From positions 43,090,001 through 43,154,000 of the forward strand of contig OZ024747.1 in NCBI GenBank assembly GCA_964016885.1: 64,000 nucleotides of DNA. Direction: 5' to 3'. The DNA is from Eledone cirrhosa. Taxonomy: Eukaryota. The position numbers and the translations under genes were made by a program. Positions 12,430 through 25,583 of the stretch are shown here, piece after piece (positions within the stretch are counted from its first letter, which is position 1; each line of letters begins with the position of its first letter). Under the pieces are notes generated by a model, which made no database searches, was not told the DNA's origin, and saw only the letters and a program-made list of their open reading frames with translations.

Positions 12430-14567
12430 TTACATGTATACATGCACATATGTTTCTGTATCTATACATGCACATATGTTTCTATATCTATACATGTGCA
12501 TATGTTTCTATATCTATACATGTGCATATGTTTCTGTATCTATACATGCACATATGTTTCTGTATCTATACATACACATATGTTTCTATATCTATACATG
12601 TGCATATGTTTCTATATCTATACATGTGCATATGTTTCTGTATCTATACATGCACATATGTTTCTGTATCTATACATGCACATATGTTTCTATATCTATA
12701 CATGTGCATATGTTTCTATATCTATACATGTGCATATGTTTCTATATCTATACATGTGCATATGTTTCTGTATCTATACATGTGCATATGTTTCTATATC
12801 TATACATGTGCATATGTTTCTATATCTATACATGTGCATATGTTTCTGTATCTATACATGCACATATGTGTCTGTATCTATACATGTGCATATGTTTCTA
12901 TATCTATACATGTGCATATGTTTCTATATCTATACATGTGCATATGTTTCTATATCTATACATGTGCATATGTTTCTGTATCTATACATGTGCATATGTT
13001 TCTATATCTATACATGTGCATATGTTTCTATATCTATACATGTGCATATGTTTCTGTATCTATACATGTGCATATGTTTCTATATCTATACATGTGCATA
13101 TGTTTCTATATCTATACATGTGCATATGTTTCTATATCTATACATGTGCATATGTTTCTATATCTATACATGTGCATATGTTTCTGTATCTATACATGTG
13201 CATATGTTTCTATATCTATACATGTGCATATGTTTCTATATCTATACATGTGCATATGTTTCTATATCTATACATGTGCATATGTTTCTGTATCTATACA
13301 TGTGCATATGTTTCTGTATCTATACATGTGCATATGTTTCTATATCTATACATGTGCATATGTTTCTGTATCTATACATGTGCATATGTTTCTATATCTA
13401 TACATGTGCATATGTTTCTATATCTATACATGTGCATATGTTTCTGTATCTATACATGCACATATGTGTCTGTATCTATACATGTGCATATGTTTCTATA
13501 TCTATACATGTGCATATGTTTCTATATCTATACATGTGCATATGTTTCTATATCTATACATGTGCATATGTTTCTGTATCTATACATGTGCATATGTTTC
13601 TATATCTATACATGTGCATATGTTTCTATATCTATACATGTGCATATGTTTCTATATCTATACATGTGCATATGTTTCTGTATCTATACATGTGCATATG
13701 TTTCTGTATCTATACATGTGCATATGTTTCTATATCTATACATGTGCATATGTTTCTGTATCTATACATGTGCATATGTTTCTATATCTATACATGTGCA
13801 TCATCATCATCATCATCATCATCAACGTTTAACGTCCGTGTTCCACGCTTGCATGGGTTTGGACGGGGGTAGTCCCACTTGAGGCAAGAGTGATTGTCTT
13901 GCTCGCATAGGACTGTCTGGCAGGTTTTCTACAGTTGGATGCCCTTCCTAACACCAACCACATTTACAGTGTGGGTCTGGGAGGTTTTTACCGTGTTGCC
14001 TACACGGCCACATTACAGCGTGGACTGTGTGTTTTTTTGTCGTGACACCTACACGATCTCATTTGTTTCGGCCTCGATGGCGCGGCACCAACATAACTTT
14101 ACATAGAACGGGGTGGTGTGGATCGGGTGGGGGTGGGGGTGGTGGGACGGGGTGTATTTTGTTAGAGATGCCTACTGGCTGGAGTAGGTTTTACTATATA
14201 TTTAGGTAAGGCGGGTCTTCTCTGTTACTGAGTACCGCCAAAGGTCTCGGTCCAGTGACATTGTCTTGGAGAGGTGTAAGTGTGTGATGTCGGAGTTTAT
14301 CAGCTCGTCCCAGGTTTTTCTAGGTCTGCCTATTCCGTGACTACCGTCTATCTTTATTGCCCTGCACTTTGTTATACAGCTATCGACTTTCATGCGCATC
14401 ACGTGTCCATACCAACGTAGCCTTCTCTCGAGTAAACAACATCTGATCCCTCTTATCTCTAATTTTTTCCTTAGTTCGTTTATGCTTTGCCGTTCACGTA
14501 TATTACTGTTACATGTTTCTATATCTATACATGTGCATATGTTTCTATATCTATACATGTGCATATG
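12430..14567. repeat. 26-bp minisatellite (TATACATGTGCATATGTTTCTRTATC), ~53 copies, interrupted by an RTE
   Basis: Homogeneous 26-bp period over 12430-13800, resuming at 14510-14567. Confidence 0.97.
13799..14514 (-). mobile_element. 5'-truncated RTE LINE, family A
   Basis: ORF 14202-14564(-) is identical in its RTE part to 6135-6533; (CAT)n tail. Confidence 0.92.
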
Positions 14568-14601
14568 CAGTTATTACATATTAAATGTCTGAACTGTTTT
14601 A

Positions 14602-15101
14602 ACTGAACAAAAAGGAAAAACGAACACAGCTAGAGCTATTTCAAATGTTGTGTAGTCTCGGCTGCTAGTTTTAGTGGCGTAAGTCTACGCGACGCGCTAA
14701 GATCGGGAACCATGTGCGTTATATATATACACACATTTTCCAATTTTCTATTTGATTTAGAAGTTAGGAGGATACTAATTTCATCACCCACTGATGAGTC
14801 TGGAATTTGGTATATCTCTTCACAAATAATATTGCGAAACGGTTCTATTAAAGACCGTCTGGGTGATGGTAGTTACCACAATACTGGACTGTATATATTT
14901 TTCTTAATTTATTCTTAAATTGAGTCTAGCAAACCCTATTGTCTGTAGTTAGTATTTTTTTCCCCTTAGCGATTTTGGTTCATTACTATTTGAACACATA
15001 TATATATATATATGTCTGTGTTCGTTTTTCCTTTTTGTTCAGTTATATACGGCTCGGAAAAACCTCTTTCCTAGAGCTAATTTACTGTAATGAGACTATT
15101 T
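14602..15101 (+). mobile_element. HHR-bearing non-coding insertion with 12-bp TSD
   Basis: TGAACTGTTTTA at 14590-14601 and 15102-15113; internal inverted arm 14600-14629 vs ~15016-15044; an uninterrupted homologue of the host sequence lies at 17125-17225. Confidence 0.75.
14782..14868 (+). ncRNA. Type I hammerhead ribozyme
   Basis: Stem I CATCACCCA/TGGGTGATG (9 bp), CTGATGA, long stem II closed by G-C, GAAA, stem III CGGTTCT..AGACCG, GUC site. Confidence 0.8.
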
Positions 15102-15410
15102 TGAACTGTTTTACATATTTGTACAATTCCATTATTGAACTTTACTTTCAACTTCCTAACAAGCCATGCTCTTTCTGGTTTTATGAAGTCCAGTTTCTCA
15201 AGATTTGTACTGAAGCTGTTAGTAACATATCCCAGAATCCCAATGATCACAGGTATTAATCTGAAGGTATAATCAGGATGGAGTATCTGCAGATTCCTCA
15301 TTAGTTCAGCATAAAAGTTCTCCTTTTCACTGATCTTTACCATTATATTGACATCTGTTGGGCAGTTGACTTCCACTACTGTGTATACCTTCTTTTTTTC
15401 TTTCCTCATA
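15102..15410 (-). pseudogene. R4/Dong-like RLE C-terminal remnant
   Basis: VVEVNCPTDVN..LIPVIIGILG, homologous to the end of ORF 10488-11543. Confidence 0.75.
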
Positions 15411-15514
15411 TGTATGTATGTTCTGGCTTTATTTTTGATTAATTTGTCACCAATTGAGAGGAAGAGAGAGAGAAAGATACATATATATATATATATATAT
15501 ATATATGTGTATAT

Positions 15515-15860
15515 GTATACATTTCAATCAGGACAAAATTTTGTTGTAAAAAATCCCTTCACTTGCTCATCAAAAAATTTAATTTGTGCCATTAAATGTA
15601 AAGGATGCAATGAAGATTATATAGGACAAACTAAACTCACTCTCAGAAACAGAATGACAATTCATCGCCAACAATTACGAGACCCTACCACAAGACAGAT
15701 ACCACTCAGTGCATATCTAGACATATGCGCAAGTGATAAGACACCCAAATTCCAAGTCTTCCCATTTTATCTTTGCGCTGACAATACAACAGAACAAATA
15801 CGAATAAATAAGCAAAATATGTTTATTCAAAAATATAAACAAGCATTAAATATAGTTTAA
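15515..15860 (+). CDS. PLE GIY-YIG endonuclease domain (5'-truncated element; 3' UTR to ~16610)
   Basis: TCSSKNLIC.IKCKGC.EDYIGQT..LRNRMTIHR pattern typical of PLE endonucleases. Confidence 0.85.
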
Positions 15861-16508
15861 TATACATTATGTTAATTCCATAACGTGCTAACCATCCAAA
15901 CAGACACATACATACACACACCACACACATAACACCTTCTATATTCGAAAATAAAAACCAGAGCTAAATAAATCTTAACATACGTTAATACTCTAACACC
16001 TTAACATGCTTACCATATCCCTCAAACACACATAACTCCCTCCCCCATTTCTACTAATGGAATCATCTTCCTACACACACACACACCAGCACACAAATAA
16101 AAATACATATCTCTACTTTCTTTATTTCAATAGAAAGTCTGAATTCTGACACCCCACCACATCAGCCATACTCACTGAACCAAAACAATTCTCCCCCATC
16201 CCTTTTGTTTGGCACACAATTCTCTAAATGACTACAAAAAAATTCCCAAATATGGGTACGAAATTTAATGCACTTATTCACGTGACTGAGCCCCCCCCCC
16301 CTTTTTTTTTAAAGGCAAATATAATAAGAACTTTGTAACACGAACTGGCGTGGAATTTATTATACTTATTCACATGACAGGCATCAACCAGCCAAATTAC
16401 TTTTCTAAAAACTTAGCATTTCGAGCCACTTTTTTCCATATAAAACAGAAGTAACATTCGAACACCAACCAGATGCGAGAAAAACCTCAAACCCCCCATC
16501 TCAATTCT

Positions 16509-16546
16509 ACTTTTGAAAAGCACAAGAACTGCAAAACCGGTAAAGG
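16509..16546 (+). ncRNA. Decayed U3-A8 variant hammerhead in the PLE 3' end
   Basis: CTT-TTGAAAA-GCAC.AAGAA.CTGC-AAAA-CCGG-TA-AAGG; an intact homologue lies at 42842-42879. Confidence 0.6.
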
Positions 16547-16849
16547 AACCAAATAAATATTTTTAAAAAGACTCCGGTTGCATTTTCGAATTTATCTTTT
16601 TTCCTTATATATAAATAAAGAGAGAGTGTGAGAGGGAGTGAGTGAGTGAGAGAGAGAGAGAGAGTGAGAGAGAGAGAGAGAGAGATGGTTTCTTACATGG
16701 AATATAGTCCTTTTTATTGGAATTGAGACATCTACTAAGTAATTATGTCTCTCTGTATATGTGCGTGTGCATGTATGTGTGTATCTGGGCAGATAAGGAT
16801 GTCATTTCATTGCATGTGTGAATCTGTATGTTTTGAATTATATATATAT

Positions 16850-17070
16850 AAGTGGTTACACAACAGTTAGTTCACCATACCGAGAACAATTGTTTCACCT
16901 TAGCGGATCCTCAGCTCGTAAAAAAGATTACGAGCTGAGGATCCGCTAAGGTGAAACAATTGTTCTCGGTATGGTGAACTAACTGTTGTGTAACCACTTC
17001 TACCTAACTCATCCCATGGACTGAGTGCTCTACCACTACGGATATTTCCTTCCAGTGTTCTACCACTATA
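16850..17070 (+). mobile_element. Fold-back PLE-type 3' end in (TA)n
   Basis: Perfect 72-bp arms 16850-16921 / 16928-16999 with a 6-nt loop; plus arm extends to ~17070. Confidence 0.8.
16931..16968 (+). ncRNA. Minimal type I hammerhead (mirror copy 16881-16918 on minus strand)
   Basis: CGAG-CTGAGGA-TCC.GCTAA.GGT-GAAA-CAATTG-TT-CTCG; palindromic stem III. Confidence 0.8.
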
Positions 17071-17512
17071 TATATATGTATATGTATGTATGTATGTGTG
17101 TGTGTTTCTATGTCTAAATGTGTGTATATGCAGTTATTACATGTTAAATTTCTGCTTTGTTTTACATATTTTTACAGTTCCATTGCTGGACTGAACTTGC
17201 AATCTCCTAATTAGCCATGCTCTTTCTTTGCCATATCTACTGAAGCTACAAAATATATGGTACATTGTAAATGTTGTATGTATAATGAAGATGTGACTTA
17301 TAACTTATAAATGAGTACATAAAGTATATTTGAAGAAAAGTGGCAAATAAAATATATGCAGACACACTTTTTTTTATTTATTTAGAGAACAATAGTAAAG
17401 AAATATTTGTATGAGATTGTTCTGTGTGTTTATGATAGTGTGAGAGAGGAGAAAGAAAAAGTGAGAGAGTGAGTGAGTGAGGGAGTGAGTGAGAGAGAGA
17501 GACAGTTAGAGT

Positions 17513-17590
<78 letters not shown>

Positions 17591-18685
17591 GGGATTATTT
17601 TTAGAAAGAATTTCAAGATATTTATTAGAGATATGAAAAAAAGAAGCTTGAGAAAAGATGACAGAGCAAGATGTTTTGATACTATCAGTTAGGTGAATTT
17701 CATGAAATGAAGAAATATCAACTTTAATTACATTTCTGGCTTGAAGGTAATATAAATTGTGAATGTGTAGAGATTATTAACACAAATAAAAGCATGTGCA
17801 AACTGGAATGATAGCAGTTTTACTGTTTTTTTTTTTTGTTTAAAAAAAAAAAAAAAATTCTGGTTATCATCTAGGTTAACAAATATATCTTGCTTAAGTT
17901 TTGATTGATATATGTCAAACCTCAGGGATAAAACATTCGCTGAATGAATATGTTGATTGGGTGGGAGGTGTCTTTTCAAATGTTACTGTTGAACATGTCT
18001 TAGATAATGAAACTTTCTTTACAGATTTTTATGGCTGATGGACAAAATCTGAATATGACAACTATTTTTTTTTTATTGCAATGTGCAATTCTTGCACTTT
18101 AAATTTAAAGCTGTTCCAATACTCAGAAACATATTTTATAGAACTGACTGGTTTTCTTTGATTCCACAACCTCCTTTGCTAATTAATTCCTGTTCAGGGA
18201 GGTCTGCTGTTTTCTTGGTTTGCTGCATTGCTTTTCAAAGAATTTTTATCAATAAATTCTGGGTTTGACATATGTTACCTGTTGAGTATATTGAAGATAT
18301 CAAGTTCCTTAAGTCCAGCCTTATACAGTAGGTATTTGAAACAATAAAAAGTGTTTTAAAGCCATTTTCTCTGCTAAAGTATGAGTTAACATTATAGGCT
18401 CTATACTCATCATGGTGTCCTCTTTGAAGCAATGTTTTACAGCCAGGTGTTCTTCCTAGTGCATACCCTTTTGGACACTCCTTACAACTGACAAGGAAAA
18501 ATTGTACCTATTTTAAACCAAAGAATATGATCCTTTGAGAAAGGTGATTTACAAATGATATTACACTACTGTAGGAGTTGTCTCCCCATATTTTGAAGAG
18601 AGGTGATTTTATTGGTCACCAGAGAAAGTTATATTTCTTGTGGCAAAAGAGATATTATTTTCCTTGACTACAACTGATTTCATTA

Positions 18686-18950
18686 GCCCTTTCTTTACAA
18701 TATTTCTAATTAAAGACACTGCCTATGATTTTCAAATCATTTTGAAATTATTCAGGAATTTGGAGAGATTTAGTAATATAACTAACTTTCTTGTTATTAA
18801 GCTGGTATTTGGTGCATAATTTAGTGTAGCTTCTTGCATAGAATTATGATGAAGGTTTTACAGATAAATATAATCACTTTAAAATAAACAACTTTGCTTC
18901 ATATCATAGAACTAGGGATTGTTTCAGGCAGTTTGGTATTAAAAGGGTCA
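18686..18950. mobile_element. Diverged piggyBac-like MITE
   Basis: TTAG|CCCTTT ... AAAGGG|TCAA ends; resembles 55504-55680. Confidence 0.4.
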
Positions 18951-19874
18951 AAATCTTTCAAATGAATAGTTCTTTGTTTTATAAGAACATTTTAAATTAT
19001 CTGAGCTTCAGTGTAACAACTCACATTCTTCAGCATTCATAGATAAATGCTACCAATTATATTAAGCATTCAGTTTACTCAAATCTCCTTGTCTTATCTT
19101 AATGGTCTCATTATCTGACACAGTTTTCAATGTCTTAAAACCATCAGCAAAAAATGCTTGCACATACTTTCAATTAATGGTGGCATATTATTTGTAAAGC
19201 CAACTAATAAGATTGGGCCTATCAAACAAATCTATGCTGTTTACTTCTTCTCAGTACATCTAACTGCTATTAACATTTACCTTTTGTCCTCTTCTTCTCC
19301 CAACAGCAAAGTAACTGATATATTATCATCATCATCATCATAATCATTCTCATTGTAGTAGTAGTTGTTATTATTGTCTTCATCATCATCATCATCATCA
19401 TTATCATCATTATCATAAATAATCATAATAATCATTGTCATTATTGTTGTCTTCACCATCATTATCATTGCAATCATCATCACCATCATCATAATTATTA
19501 TATTACATCCATTTTACATGTTGGAATGTGTTGGATGGGTTATTGTCGTTTAATTCAGCTAATATTCAGTATTACAGTCTCCCTAAGTAGATCACGGAAC
19601 CATATCTTGCACATATGTTTCAGTTTAGGTATTGTTTCTATAACTACATGCTTATCCTGACACTAACCACTTTATAAAATGTACTTGTACTCTTAAAACC
19701 TCATATATTGAGAAATATTTTTGTCTTCTTTTTCTATGACTTGGGATTTCTGACCCTTCATCCAATAATCATCATCTATGTGCATTAATACCCATACCAG
19801 TGTAGTCTTCTCTTCTGTATACATCATAACATTCCTCTTATATCCAGGAATCTCTAAAGAACATTTAGAAGTTT

Positions 19875-20384
19875 CTTCTTCTTTGTCCACTCATTCCTGG
19901 GTGGGTCATGGGAGCAGAGTCCCCAAACACTCCTTCCAGTGGGCCCCGTCAGAAGCAAACATCTCCAACTAATCCAGCTGGATCCCCAAACAAGACCAGC
20001 CAAGTTCATGCATGTTATCCAACCCTCTTGATTGGGGTTTACCACTGGGTCTCCTGCCGGTTGGTTTTTGCCCGTAAAAATCTGTTCAGCAATTCTTTCC
20101 TGAGACATTCTAATCCCATAGTATCAGAGCTGTGATCTCTCAATTTAGAGAACTAGCGGCTCTATCTGGAGTGACTCTCTGATCTCCGAGCTACTCACTT
20201 TATTGAATAACATTACTCCAAAGACCCTTCAGAGGAATCCCACATTTCGACCGCTTGTATTTGTGATCATATTCTTTCAGTTACTACCCAAGATTCATGA
20301 CCATAGGTAACGGTTGGCACAAATATGGATTTGAAATAGTGAGTTTGGCTTTTATGCCTACCTCCCTGCTTTTGATAACCGAAG
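19875..20384 (-). mobile_element. Old RTE (Expander-like) LINE 3' fragment with 11-bp TSD
   Basis: KSIFVPTVTYGHESWVVTER; TTTAGAAGTTT at 19864-19874 and 20385-20395. Confidence 0.75.
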
Positions 20385-20549
20385 TTTAGAAGTTTGATAT
20401 ATCTATTTTATTGTCATCATTTAAACAAATTATTGTATTAGGAATCATTTTTGAAAAAAATTGTAAATCGGTGCCCCAGCATGGTCTCAGTTGGATGGCT
20501 GAAACATGTAAAAAAGAAAAATATTAAATAAATATAATAAGTTGTTTAA

Positions 20550-20740
20550 GTAATTGTTTCTACTTTTGGCACAAGGCCAGCAATTACCCCAGTGTATTAC
20601 TGGTACTTTATTTTATTGACCCCTTAAGGATGAAAGGCAAAGTTAACCTCGGCAGAATTTGAACTCAGAATGGCAAGGGCCGTAACTCTATGCTGCAAAG
20701 CATGGTGTCTGACCCTCTACCGATACTGCCAAATCCACCA
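20550..20740 (-). mobile_element. tRNA-derived SINE
   Basis: Family match; further copies at ~21230-21435(-), 23778-24125(+), 28905-29092(-), 30558-30975(-, two), 33398-33592(-), 50717-50826(+), 58235-58345(+). Confidence 0.9.
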
Positions 20741-21537
20741 GTAATGACTATAATATAGATATATCAAACTTCTAAATGTTCTTTAGAGATCCATAGGTAT
20801 AAGAGGAATATATGAATATGAAGCTTATCATTGGGCTTGCAAGGTGAAGCTACATTTTAGCAAGGAAAATGGTCTTAAAATACTTGCAGTTATGGTCTGG
20901 AGGAGATGATGGTCATATTCCACATAAATTTTCTTGGACTTGTCCTTGCATGCCCAATGATAGGCTTCATGTACATCAATGAGTTCCTTTTTGAAGCAAT
21001 GTTTACAGCCGAATGGCCTTCTTAGCACCAACCCTTTTAGTTGCCTCTTACAACATGCAAGGATATGATGTACTGATCCTAGACTGGATATATACATAGT
21101 ATAGCACAATTAGATACACAGCCCTGAAAAAAATGATATATAATAAACAAAATATAAAATTATGGCTTGGATAGGAATTAAGAGATTTTGTTCCAGCTAG
21201 TCTCCAGTGTGGCAAGAAGGTCAATATAATTACTTTTAATTTAGGCACAAGACCAGCAAATTTTGTGTTGGGGAAAGCCAATTAAATCAACTTCAGTGTT
21301 TGACTGCTACTTTATTTTGTCAACCTCGGAATGGTAAAAGACAAAGTTGATCTTGGTGAAATTTGAAATCAGAACATAAAGAAGCAAAAGAAATACCACC
21401 ATGAGCTTTGTCAGATGCTCTAACAATTCTGCCAATGTTAGTAATGAAACACATTTGGCTTGTAATTCCTGTTAATTAAATATAATTGCATATATTCATT
21501 GAATTATTGGTTATCTGTATTATTGTATCTGAAAGAG

Positions 21538-21539
21538 CC

Positions 21540-21571
<32 letters not shown>

Positions 21572-21661
21572 CACCATCACCATCACCATCATCACCATCA
21601 CCATCATCACCATCTACATCAATATCATCACCATCATCACCATCACCATCACCATCATAAC

Positions 21662-21693
<32 letters not shown>

Positions 21694-22132
21694 CCATCAC
21701 CCATCACCATCATCACCATCACCACCATCACCATCATCACCATCACCATCATCACCATCATCACCACCATCACCATCATCACCATCACCCATCACCACCA
21801 TCACCATCACCATCAACATCATCACCATCATCACCATCATCATCACCATCACCATCATCACCATCACCACCATCACCATCATCACCATCACCATCAACAT
21901 CATCACCATCATCACCATCATCATCACCATCACCATCATCACCATCACCACCATCACCATCATCACCATCACCATCAACATCATCACCATCATCACCATC
22001 ATCATCACCATCACCACCATCACCATCATCACCATCACCATCATCACCATCATCATCATCATCATCATTACCACCACCACCACCATCATCATCAGCAGCA
22101 GCACCACCACCACCACCGCCACCACCATCATC
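21538..22132. repeat. (CAT/CAC)n trinucleotide array with higher-order units
   Basis: Direct reading; produces spurious His/Ser/Pro ORFs. Confidence 0.95.
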
Positions 22133-22582
22133 TTTTAACAACTGTTTTCCCTTCTAGCAAGGGTTGGACCAATTTAGTGAAAATAACTATTCTAGGTGTT
22201 AACATTATTTGCTTTAATAGAGGAGTCAGGGTTGAAGTATCACCTTGCCTAAAGGACGTAGTACAATAGTTTCTATTGTATTATGAACAGTCAACTGTGA
22301 GGTCTCATACCTCAGCTCTTGTCATCTAGTCATCCACGTGGCTATTGTATCTACGTAGATTAATTACAGTAATGACAGTGTGTTTGAGTGTCTGTGTGTA
22401 TATATACTTGTATATATATATATATATATATATGTGTGAGTATATATATATATATGTGAGTATATATATATATATGCGAGTTTATATATATACTCACATA
22501 TATATATATATATATATATATATGTGAGTATATATATATATATGTGAGTATATATATATATATGCGAGTTTATATATATACT

Positions 22583-22680
<98 letters not shown>

Positions 22681-22802
22681 TACACACACTTACATACTGA
22701 CAGACACTTGCGCACGTGTGTGTGTGTATATAGATGAATGTACTTATTTTTGTGGATATGAAATATGTATATGAATGTAATAAGACTTCCTCTTTCCATT
22801 TC

Positions 22803-22906
<104 letters not shown>

Positions 22907-24199
22907 GTATATTATATACATATGTGTGTGAGTGAATGTATATGTGTATGTGTGCATGTTTGTATGTATAATATACATAATATATATTGGTGGATCATTA
23001 GTCATTTTTAATATTGAATCTTTCATATTTCCTCAGGTTTTTTTGATGAGTCATCAAGATTTGGCAGCAAATTCTAATTTGATATGATACATAAACAGTT
23101 CAAAGTAAGCTTTAGAAATTACTTATGCTCTTTGTAGCCAGGTCACCAAGTTCAAGTGAATACTGTGAAAATGTCGCTTCCAGTTGATACCGAGTGGGTC
23201 ACAAGGGAACATGCTACTTAAGATTAGCAAACTGTATAGACTAATGAGGTGCAGAAGGTGTGAGGTAAAGGTGTTGGAAAATTGAGTGCAGGAGTTCTCC
23301 TTGTGGCACACAACTCTATTTTCTGAATATTATTGGACAGAATTTTGCTTGACACAATGACCTTCATATCAGACCACTCTGCAAACCATCTTTCATGATT
23401 CTATAAACCACAAAAGAATTATTGAGTGTAGTGTTGTCCTTGTTGCACAAAACTCTATTTGATTTTGTGAACTCTATTGCACTAAATTTTGCTCGACCCT
23501 GATGACCTTCTTATCAGGTCATTTCATAGTTCATCTCCTCATTCTATGAACCATGATAGGATTCAAAATTAGTATTACACTCTAACAAAATATTCACCAA
23601 TTTTCACCTTTTTAGGTTATGAAAATTAAAATTAACCCTCTGTGCTGGTAATTAATTAAGGCTCCTACAATATTAAGCAGAGTGGAGACTAATTTCCTCC
23701 TGGATAGGATATCAGCCTCTCATAAGAACGTTTTCCAATATGAGGAAGTGAAACCAACTCAAAAACTAAGGAATTACTGTGGTTTGGCAGAATTGGTAGA
23801 GCACAAGATGATATGCTAACTCTTTACATTCTGAGTTCAAATCCTGCGATGATCAACTTTGCCTTTCATTCTTCTGGAGTTGATAAAATAAAGTATCAGT
23901 CAAGTACTGGGGTTGATTTAATCAACTTTGCCCAAACCTCAGATTAGCTGTTCTAATGCCTAAATTAGAGGTAAATATTATGGTAGAATTCTTTGAGTGT
24001 TGCACTAAATACTTTACATCATTTAGTTACAGCTCTTTTCTTTCTGAGTTCAACTTTAAATAAGATCAATTTTGCCTTTTATTCTTCCAGGGTCAATAAA
24101 ATGAATACCAGTTAATTTACAGGGGCTGAAAAATTTGACTGTTTTCTCCCTTCAACATATTGAGTGTCACATCTAAGAAATTCATGACAGATAGATAGA

Positions 24200-24362
24200 C
24201 TTAACTTGAATGGAAAGGTTGAAGGCTTTAAAGAAAGTGATAAGCTCCTTTCTATACCTATTGATAGGACGGGGTCCATACTTCGTCATACTCAAAAGAC
24301 CATCACCAGACCTCTGCCTACGTTATGGAATTCACCCTTGATGGAAAAGAGTAAAAATAGGC
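24200..24362 (-). pseudogene. Small PLE RT fragment
   Basis: ..GDGLLSMTKYGPRPINRYRKELITFFKAFNLSIQVK resembles the post-YRDD segment at 37270-37400. Confidence 0.55.
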
Positions 24363-25415
24363 TAATAATGAACTGTAGTATCATGGTACCTATACAAAAA
24401 CTGTGGTACCATGGTACATGTATAGAGGTGTTGTACCATGATACATACAGGGAACTGTGGTACTATGATACTGTCGTACCATAGTACATATATATAACTG
24501 TGGTACCAAGGTAGATACAGTGAACTGTAGTAGTGTAGAAATACAGTGAACTATTGTGTGGTAGAGCTTAAAATCTTACAAAAATAAAAAATGATAAATA
24601 GTCAAGATAATTTAGGTAGTAGCCAGCTAGCTAGCTAATCCATTCTTCAACTATGAGAATCTGTCTTGTTTGGTGCTCATCTTTGGATTTCTGATGATCA
24701 CATCATTTCATTTAGAATTAAAATTCTAAGAGATATGTCTTAGATTTAGAATCTAAGAGATTAACATGTTCTTATAATGTCATCATTTGATTTAGATTTA
24801 GAATTAGAGATTATAATTTCTTTATTGTCATCGTTAGATTTAGAATTAGAATTCTTAGTGATATATGTCTTAGATTTAGGATAGAGGAGATTAGAATTTC
24901 TTATGCTGCCCATCATTTAGTTGGTTTGGAATTAGAGTTCTGAGAGATGATATTATGTCTTAGATTTAGAATAGAAACAGATTAAAATTTCTTTATTGTG
25001 ATCATCATATTGTGGCATATATATAGAAATTTTCATTCAATAATTCTGAGAAATGAAATAGAGATAAAAATGTATTAAAAAGACCACACAGATAACACAT
25101 GAGTTCTGAAAGATAACAAAGCAGTGATTTGACATATAATGTACACTCACACACACACACACACTCACACACGCGCGCGCGCACACACACACACGCACGC
25201 ACATACCCACACGCACACACACACGCACATACACACACACACGCATACACACACACACGGACATTCGCCCCCCCCCCACACACATATAGAGAGAGGGGTA
25301 AAATCCTGACTGCTTGATTCTGCGGTGATGATTTTTCAGATCTCTATACCCATTCTGCATCCCCCATGCATTGAGTACTCCTATGATTAGTGGTCTCCCC
25401 AGTTTCAGCACCACA

Positions 25416-25473
<58 letters not shown>

Positions 25474-25583
25474 CATCATCATCATCATCATCGTTTAACA
25501 TCCATCTTCCATGCTAGCATGGGTTATATATATATATATTTATTATTTGTACAGATGTGGTCATCATAATTATTATTACTATA

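Noticed and set aside
12305-13882. 460-525 aa ORFs in three frames
   Set aside because: Read-through of a stop-free 26-bp minisatellite
15515-15860. Selenoprotein-type (Naiad) PLE endonuclease
   Set aside because: Cys codons are TGT/TGC with no in-frame TGA
21486-22157. His/Ser/Pro-rich ORF
   Set aside because: (CAT/CAC)n microsatellite
23297-23565. CTGATGA in a diverged ~140-bp tandem duplication
   Set aside because: No GAAA or stem III; ordinary old duplication
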